Position numbers and translations under genes: made by a program. The notes below the pieces were generated by a model. It was not told the origin of the DNA. It did no database searches and saw nothing but the letters and a program-made list of their open reading frames with translations. DNA of 64,000 nucleotides from a bacterium (GTDB lineage: Bacteria > Patescibacteriota > Andersenbacteria > UBA10190), in the NCBI GenBank assembly GCA_043811915.1, contig JBDRMS010000006.1, positions 86,870 to 150,869 of the forward strand. Reading direction: 5' to 3'. This document shows positions 58,864 through 64,000 of the stretch, piece after piece. Within the stretch, counting starts at the first letter, position 1; every line of letters starts with the position of its first letter.

Positions 58864-61099
58864 AAGAGTATTATTGCTGCTTGGTGTGGCTGTGCTGCTG
58901 CTGGGCGGCGCTTTTGCGGTGCCGCTCAATTCGGAAGAGGAGCTGGTGATTACTGGGGCGGACATGGGCGGGAGGTCAATAGTGGAGCTCACAAAAGGGG
59001 GGTCGTATAGAAGAAAAATTATAGTTTCCGATCAATCTATAAAAGGAATAATGTTGTTTGTGCCCGATCGTGAGGGCGTACGGAGTGAGCTAGAGGTGCG
59101 GATCTGGTTTGGCAATCAGTTATTGACCAAAGCAAAACAGTATCGTCAGAGTAATCATGGAGAGCTGAATGGTTTGGTTTTTAGTTTCAGACCGATTTCT
59201 CTACCGGATCGTACACAGTTGGAGATAGAGGTTATACATGTAAGGGGAAAGCCTGTTGCTCTCGAAGTGGCGGCAGATAGCGGGGCCTTGTCGATGTCGT
59301 TGCTGCACCCGGCTTTGATGAATCCTGGTACACGTCAGGGGGTATTAGTGGGAATTGTGGCTTTGGTGGGCGTAGCCCTGATTAGTATTTTGCCTAGTAA
59401 GCGATGGTTGGCAGCTATGTTACTGCTTGTGATAGTTATTCCTTTGGCCTTGACTGGTTTCGTATTTTCCACAGGTGTAATGGGAGTGTCAGATTGGGAC
59501 TACTTTATGTCCGTGCATGAGTCGTATCGTCGCAGCCTGCTTATTTACCATGATTTTCCGTTGTGGAATCCATTTACCTGTGGAGGAACGGCTGGTTTAG
59601 CTGACCCGGAATTTTCAATGCTTTCGCCGTTGTATCTGTTGGAGTTATATGGCGGTGTGTCTTTAGGTTTAAGACTGGCTGTCCTGGTGTCTATGACGAC
59701 AGGAGGCGCAGGTGTGTTGTTACTGGGTCGAAGATTAGGTCTTACTCAATATGCGGCTTTGCTGGCAGCCCTGGGGTGGTCTCTGGGGTCAGTTACAATT
59801 CTTCACCTTGTTGAGGGTCATATAGGGTGGCTGGGTACGATGTGGGTGCCGTGGGTACTATGGGCTTGGGCTGGCGCTTATTGGAGAAAAGTCAGGAGCA
59901 AGCTCGCCTGTGGGGCATTTTTAGCTCTAATCTTTTACCAGGGTGGCATTCATATTCTGTTATATCTGGTGCCGGCTTTGATAGTCACAGGTTTGCTGGT
60001 ATCTAATAGGAAGCTAGGATTAAAAGTTACCTGGCAAGCGGGTTGGTGGGCATTGGGGTTGTCGGCTGTGAAATTAGTACCGGCTCTGTTGTGGGTACGG
60101 CAATTTCCGGACCGGGTTTATGCTGTATCTGCGTCGACATGGCCCTACTGGCATGAAGTTTTTTTGGGGCGTCAAAAGCATGGAGCTGTAGTATTGCCTG
60201 GCCAGGGAGGGGGCTGGCATGAATATGGGGCGTATGTAGGACCAATTATTTTAGCTTTAGCGTTGCTGGCGTTGGCGCGTTGGCGGGATTCTCGCGTGGT
60301 GCGCGGGTTGGCAATAGGGAGCGGGTTGGCGCTTATTGTGTCTTCGCTGGGGGTGTATTTGGCGCCGGCACTTGATAGCTTGCCCTGGCTGCCGCGTTCG
60401 TATACGTCGCGAGTGATTATTTTTACTGTGCTGGGAATTTCTCTTCTAGCCGGATTTGGTTTGGACGTGATAAAGAAATGGAGTAGGGGAGGGCGCACCG
60501 AATGGTTGCGATTGCTGTTGGTTGGTTTAGTAGCGGTGGATCTTGCTAGCCTGGCGTATCCATTGTCTGAAAGTGCATTTGTGTTGCCGGAAGTGTTTGA
60601 TAAACTGCCGGCGGCGTCGGCACCGATAGCTTTCAGCAGGGAAAAGCATGCGGTGCGAGTTGGAGACAGGGAATACGACCGTGCTTATGCGGCGTCTAAC
60701 CAGGGTTATGGTACTTTGTCGTACTGTTCTGCCTTAGGGCCGGAGGCGGCAGTGGTAACAGTGGATGAAGATGGCAGCGACTACGTTTTACTAATAGAGG
60801 GCAGCGGTGATGTTAAGCTGCAAAGCTGGTCGCCGAGTCGTGTAGTGGTAATGGTGAATGCAGAAAGTGATGACCTGGTAGTAATTAATACCAATTATGC
60901 ACAAGGGTGGTCGGTCAATGGCAGACCGGCTGTTGATGTGAAAGGACGGGTGGGGGCGAAAGTGCCTGCTGGACAGCGGAAACTTATATTTACTTACCGG
61001 GCGCCGGGCTTTATTTTTGGTCTTTTAGTGACGGCTATGACTGCGGCGATAGCGGTGATGATGGTTGTGATAAGACCGGGAATGGATCCGGGGGAATAA
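58826..61099 (+). CDS. large polytopic membrane protein, putative GT-C/YfhO-like glycosyltransferase (paralog 1)
   Basis: N-terminal TM, ~170 aa extracytoplasmic domain, multi-TM core with DWDY...WNPFTCGGTAGLADPEF, C-terminal domain and final TM. Confidence 0.5.
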   Translation: MPGRRGMTAGWYRRVLLLLGVAVLLLGGAFAVPLNSEEELVITGADMGGRSIVELTKGGSYRRKIIVSDQSIKGIMLFVPDREGVRSELEVRIWFGNQLLTKAKQYRQSNHGELNGLVFSFRPISLPDRTQLEIEVIHVRGKPVALEVAADSGALSMSLLHPALMNPGTRQGVLVGIVALVGVALISILPSKRWLAAMLLLVIVIPLALTGFVFSTGVMGVSDWDYFMSVHESYRRSLLIYHDFPLWNPFTCGGTAGLADPEFSMLSPLYLLELYGGVSLGLRLAVLVSMTTGGAGVLLLGRRLGLTQYAALLAALGWSLGSVTILHLVEGHIGWLGTMWVPWVLWAWAGAYWRKVRSKLACGAFLALIFYQGGIHILLYLVPALIVTGLLVSNRKLGLKVTWQAGWWALGLSAVKLVPALLWVRQFPDRVYAVSASTWPYWHEVFLGRQKHGAVVLPGQGGGWHEYGAYVGPIILALALLALARWRDSRVVRGLAIGSGLALIVSSLGVYLAPALDSLPWLPRSYTSRVIIFTVLGISLLAGFGLDVIKKWSRGGRTEWLRLLLVGLVAVDLASLAYPLSESAFVLPEVFDKLPAASAPIAFSREKHAVRVGDREYDRAYAASNQGYGTLSYCSALGPEAAVVTVDEDGSDYVLLIEGSGDVKLQSWSPSRVVVMVNAESDDLVVINTNYAQGWSVNGRPAVDVKGRVGAKVPAGQRKLIFTYRAPGFIFGLLVTAMTAAIAVMMVVIRPGMDPGE

Positions 61100-63369
61100 T
61101 AGCGAAAAGTAACCGGGCCAGAACTAGTGACTGCGGTACTGACGCGGCCGGCGCGGTTGGTTGCTTTTTGACCGTTCGCGGTCCAACCCAAAGCATAATT
61201 GGTATTGAGGGTAACATTAGTCTGATTTTGAGTAGTGATGTTGACTGCAACCTTGTTGGGAGACCAATGAACCAGATGATAAGAAGCTGACTTATTGGAC
61301 AGGGATATTATTTCGTTATCTTCTTCGTCGTGAATAGTTTGCACAGCTGGTTTTGGGCCAAGAACGGAGCAGTAGGCGAGAGTGCCGTAACCGGCGCGCG
61401 TGGCGGCATAGGCGCGGGTAGTGCGAGAGCCTTGTCCGGTCATGTCATAGCGCAGAGCGGTGAAGGCAAGAGGGGAGGGGGCGGGAGAGATAAGTGGATA
61501 TACTTCAGGTAGGACGAAGGCTTGCTGGGAGAGTGGATACGACAAGCTCATTAAATCGATTGCGACGAAGCCGATTATTAATGTTTTAATTGTTTTTTGT
61601 TTAATGCTATTTAGGCCGTATCCAGCCAGTAGGGCAATGGGTATCACGGCAAAGAGGATGATGCGGGAGATATTGGAGCGGGGGAAGAACCACAAGTAGT
61701 CAAAGATTGGTTTGAGATAAGGGCCGAGGGAGGATAAGAGAATGGCTAGGACAGCAGCGATGACGAGAGCTTTTATGACGCGATCCCGCCTTAGTTTCGA
61801 GGCGCCAATTAATACTAAAGCGAACACCAGGTAGCCGATGTAGGCGCCGTATTCGTGCCAGCCGCTGTCTTGGTTGGGGATGAGATAGCTGCCGTGCAGG
61901 TGGCGGCCAAATAGTATTTCTGTGATCCAGGGCAGGGTGAAGGCGGAGGAGGCAAAGGCGTCGTCGGGGAATTGTTTGAGCCATAACAAAACGGGGACCA
62001 GTTTAATGGCCGCCAGTCCCAGAGCCCACAAGCCGGCTTTAACAGTGGCTACAATAGCTGCTTTGGGCCGGGAGACTAAGAAAGGCAGTAACAGAAAGGC
62101 CAGAGCTGTATACATGAGTAAATAGATGCCGCCCTGATAGAAAGTCAGAGCTAAAAATATTCCACAGAGTAACCCGCTACTTTTTTTTCTGTAAGCACCC
62201 AGCCAGGCCCAGAAGATCCAGGGAATCCACATGGCGGCGAAGATGTTGACGTGACCCTCAGTGATTTCCAACAGGTTGACGGTGCTGAAGGCGACGGTGA
62301 TGGCGGCGAGGAGCGAGGAGTTCAGCGAGAGGCGCAGGCGTTTAGCGAGAAATAGCATGCCAGTGGTGCCGACGATGGTGGATAGAAAAATTGCCAGGCG
62401 GATGCCTTTGGGAACGCCAAAAATTAGTTCCAGCATGAAAGTTGGGGTGAAAAGGGGAAATTCAGGGTCAGCTAGTCCTGCTGTGCCGCCGCAGGTGTAA
62501 GGGTTCCAAAAAGGCAGTTGATTGTATTGGAGAATGATTTGGCGATAAGAATGATGGAGAGAAAAGTAGTAATCCCAGTCGGCAATGCCGAGCGGCCCAT
62601 TCGAAAACCAGTAACCGGCCAGAGCCAGAGGAGTAATAATTGTGACAAGAACGATGGCTCCCGCCCAGCGATATGATTCGCGGGGAATGAACTGGAGTAA
62701 AAAGAGACCGAGCATGAATATAACTCCGGCCAGTACGCCCTGACGAAAACTGTCGGAAAGAGGAATGGGCTGCAAAAGAGACAAGGCGAGATCGCGACTG
62801 GTTTTGATATTATTTATAGTTAATTCACCGGAGGCATACAACTGTTGATTCTCAATGGACGTTTTAAGTGATAAATCATTTTTATCCAGATTGGTTACGT
62901 GAATAAAAAGATGGGTTGGTTTGGTGACGGCGAAATGTTTGGTGGGTATAGCTAGACGCATAAGGTTGTCGCTGTTGGAAGGGAATGAAGGCGCGACATA
63001 GTTGCCGGAGACAGATATTTGTTTTGTCTTGTCTTCTATGATGGTATTGAGTTCAGACCCAAGAAAATTTTCATTATCAGAATAGAGGACGAGGCCAGAG
63101 TATGTTCCTGGCATGGCGATGATTCTTTGAGTAAGTTTATTATTTAGAGCGAGATTAATTGATTTCGGGGTGTGGGCGGATGGGACATACACTTTTTCAT
63201 CAGTGCCAAGCGGTAATGTGTAGGCTGCGACAATGATACCAATGACTATAACGACTGAAACAACCACTAGAAGGCTTCTAAGACTAATTCCAACCCTTAG
63301 GGTTGATTTTGCGTCTATAGGGCTTGTGGGCGCAATATTTTTAGACTTGATTATTTTTTGTATATCCAT
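60994..63369 (-). CDS. large polytopic membrane protein, putative GT-C/YfhO-like glycosyltransferase (paralog 2)
   Basis: Same architecture; ~50% identity to 58826-61099 in the core (DWDYY...WNPYTCGGTAGLADPEF). Confidence 0.5.
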   Translation of the reverse strand: MDIQKIIKSKNIAPTSPIDAKSTLRVGISLRSLLVVVSVVIVIGIIVAAYTLPLGTDEKVYVPSAHTPKSINLALNNKLTQRIIAMPGTYSGLVLYSDNENFLGSELNTIIEDKTKQISVSGNYVAPSFPSNSDNLMRLAIPTKHFAVTKPTHLFIHVTNLDKNDLSLKTSIENQQLYASGELTINNIKTSRDLALSLLQPIPLSDSFRQGVLAGVIFMLGLFLLQFIPRESYRWAGAIVLVTIITPLALAGYWFSNGPLGIADWDYYFSLHHSYRQIILQYNQLPFWNPYTCGGTAGLADPEFPLFTPTFMLELIFGVPKGIRLAIFLSTIVGTTGMLFLAKRLRLSLNSSLLAAITVAFSTVNLLEITEGHVNIFAAMWIPWIFWAWLGAYRKKSSGLLCGIFLALTFYQGGIYLLMYTALAFLLLPFLVSRPKAAIVATVKAGLWALGLAAIKLVPVLLWLKQFPDDAFASSAFTLPWITEILFGRHLHGSYLIPNQDSGWHEYGAYIGYLVFALVLIGASKLRRDRVIKALVIAAVLAILLSSLGPYLKPIFDYLWFFPRSNISRIILFAVIPIALLAGYGLNSIKQKTIKTLIIGFVAIDLMSLSYPLSQQAFVLPEVYPLISPAPSPLAFTALRYDMTGQGSRTTRAYAATRAGYGTLAYCSVLGPKPAVQTIHDEEDNEIISLSNKSASYHLVHWSPNKVAVNITTQNQTNVTLNTNYALGWTANGQKATNRAGRVSTAVTSSGPVTFRYYSPGSIPGLITTIITAIAAVIAVTKRPKIKPGAR
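63287..63306. repeat. third (degenerate, solo) copy of the REP-like hairpin ATTCCAACCCTTAGGGTTGA inside the 5' coding region of 60994-63369
   Basis: The first ~19 nt of the 20-nt copy match the hairpins at 38095 and 38826 (it diverges after GGGTTG). Confidence 0.75.
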
Positions 63370-64000
63370 ATGTAATCCAAGCCGTTGAGGGTGATGGTTT
63401 TTTCGGGGGTTTGGTTTGAAAACCGGTTGAGGATGTCGGTTTCCCAGGCGTCAGGACCACGTTCAAACAGGGCGCGGTACAGCACGACGTAGTCGGCATT
63501 GTTATCCTCGAAGTGGTTGAGCGGGATTACCTGGCCGATAAAATTGTAGGCGAATTCGGTGGGATATACAGAGGCGACGATAAGCTCCGTTGCGTTGGGT
63601 TTTTTGTTTAGATAATCGGCGGCTAAATCAAAGCCTTCGCCCCAGCCGAGACGGCGGTCGCCGTAAAACGGCTTGGTGACGGGATTAACGTAAGCCAAGA
63701 GGTGGGGGTGGAGGCGGGTGATGTCGATGGCCTGCCACAATAGGCCAGTAACTAGTAAACAATAACTAATAACTAGTAATAGACGACGGGTTTTGAATAG
63801 ATTGATTAAATAGAAGAAAGTGATGACGACGAGGGTATCCAGCAAGAGGAAGCTGGGCAGAATATACCGGTCGCCTTTTTTAGCGCCCAGGGTCATGAGG
63901 ATAGTAAATAAGGCAATAAAAAGGATAAGAATTAATAATTGGTTTTTATTTATTTGTATCGTGGGGGCCGTTCCCACTTTGCCCTGACGAGCCTCGCGGG
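63351..64000 (-). CDS. C-terminal portion of a third GT-C (ArnT-like) glycosyltransferase; the gene continues past the window edge
   Basis: Homologous to the C-terminal region of 54160-56157 (KKGDRY..., GWGEGxD, ASxYP); reading frame open to position 64000. Confidence 0.55.
   Translation of the reverse strand, partial: REARQGKVGTAPTIQINKNQLLILILFIALFTILMTLGAKKGDRYILPSFLLLDTLVVITFFYLINLFKTRRLLLVISYCLLVTGLLWQAIDITRLHPHLLAYVNPVTKPFYGDRRLGWGEGFDLAADYLNKKPNATELIVASVYPTEFAYNFIGQVIPLNHFEDNNADYVVLYRALFERGPDAWETDILNRFSNQTPEKTITLNGLDYIWIYKK

Noticed and set aside
1-64000. CRISPR arrays, rRNA genes, tRNA genes
   Set aside because: No regularly spaced direct repeats with unique spacers were seen. No rRNA-like conserved stretches or tRNA cloverleaf candidates were seen in the few intergenic gaps.

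Overview
This window looks like a compact, gene-dense bacterial chromosome segment with hallmarks of a Candidate Phyla Radiation (Patescibacteria)-like organism. Genes abut or overlap by a few nucleotides, several ribosomal proteins carry long tails, L30 is absent, and a type IV pilin-like gene is present.

The content, in order:
- 1-9.7 kb: a ribosomal-protein operon (L2, S19, L22, S3, L16, L29, S17, L14, L24, L5, S14(Zn), S8, L6, L18, S5, L15, SecY, Adk, Map) followed by ruvX.
- ~10.1-10.9 kb: an IS200/RAYT-like tyrosine transposase homolog with its own flanking palindromes.
- 10.9-21.2 kb: a GT2 glycosyltransferase, a GalT-like gene, and a glycolytic cluster (tpi, fba, a PfkB-family kinase, gap, pgk, eno) interrupted by a convergent pilin-like gene and an EEP-family gene.
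- 21.2-24.2 kb: a four-helix-bundle protein, recJ, rnhA, and an RNase P RNA gene (rnpB) on the minus strand. The ORF track missed rnpB and placed two spurious ORFs over it; rnpB has a near-consensus promoter.
- 24.2-38.1 kb: a polysaccharide locus (priming sugar transferase, three GT4 genes, a Wzz-like protein, a large DUF4012-like protein, murJ). It is interrupted at 28.6-32.8 kb by a small islet of unknown genes.
- 38.1-38.8 kb: a second RAYT paralog, in inverted orientation and flanked by identical 23-nt hairpins. A third solo hairpin copy lies at 63.3 kb.
- 38.9-40.7 kb: lepA.
- 41-64 kb: a large surface-glycan locus with a colinear ADP-heptose pathway, dTDP-rhamnose genes, GT2/GT4 genes, an SDR epimerase, three GT-C-type membrane glycosyltransferases, asnB, a Ca-binding repeat protein and two convergent paralogous polytopic membrane proteins whose 3' ends overlap by 106 nt.

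No CRISPR array, rRNA or tRNA was found. Gene starts are approximate because the ORF track uses ATG, GTG and TTG starts.
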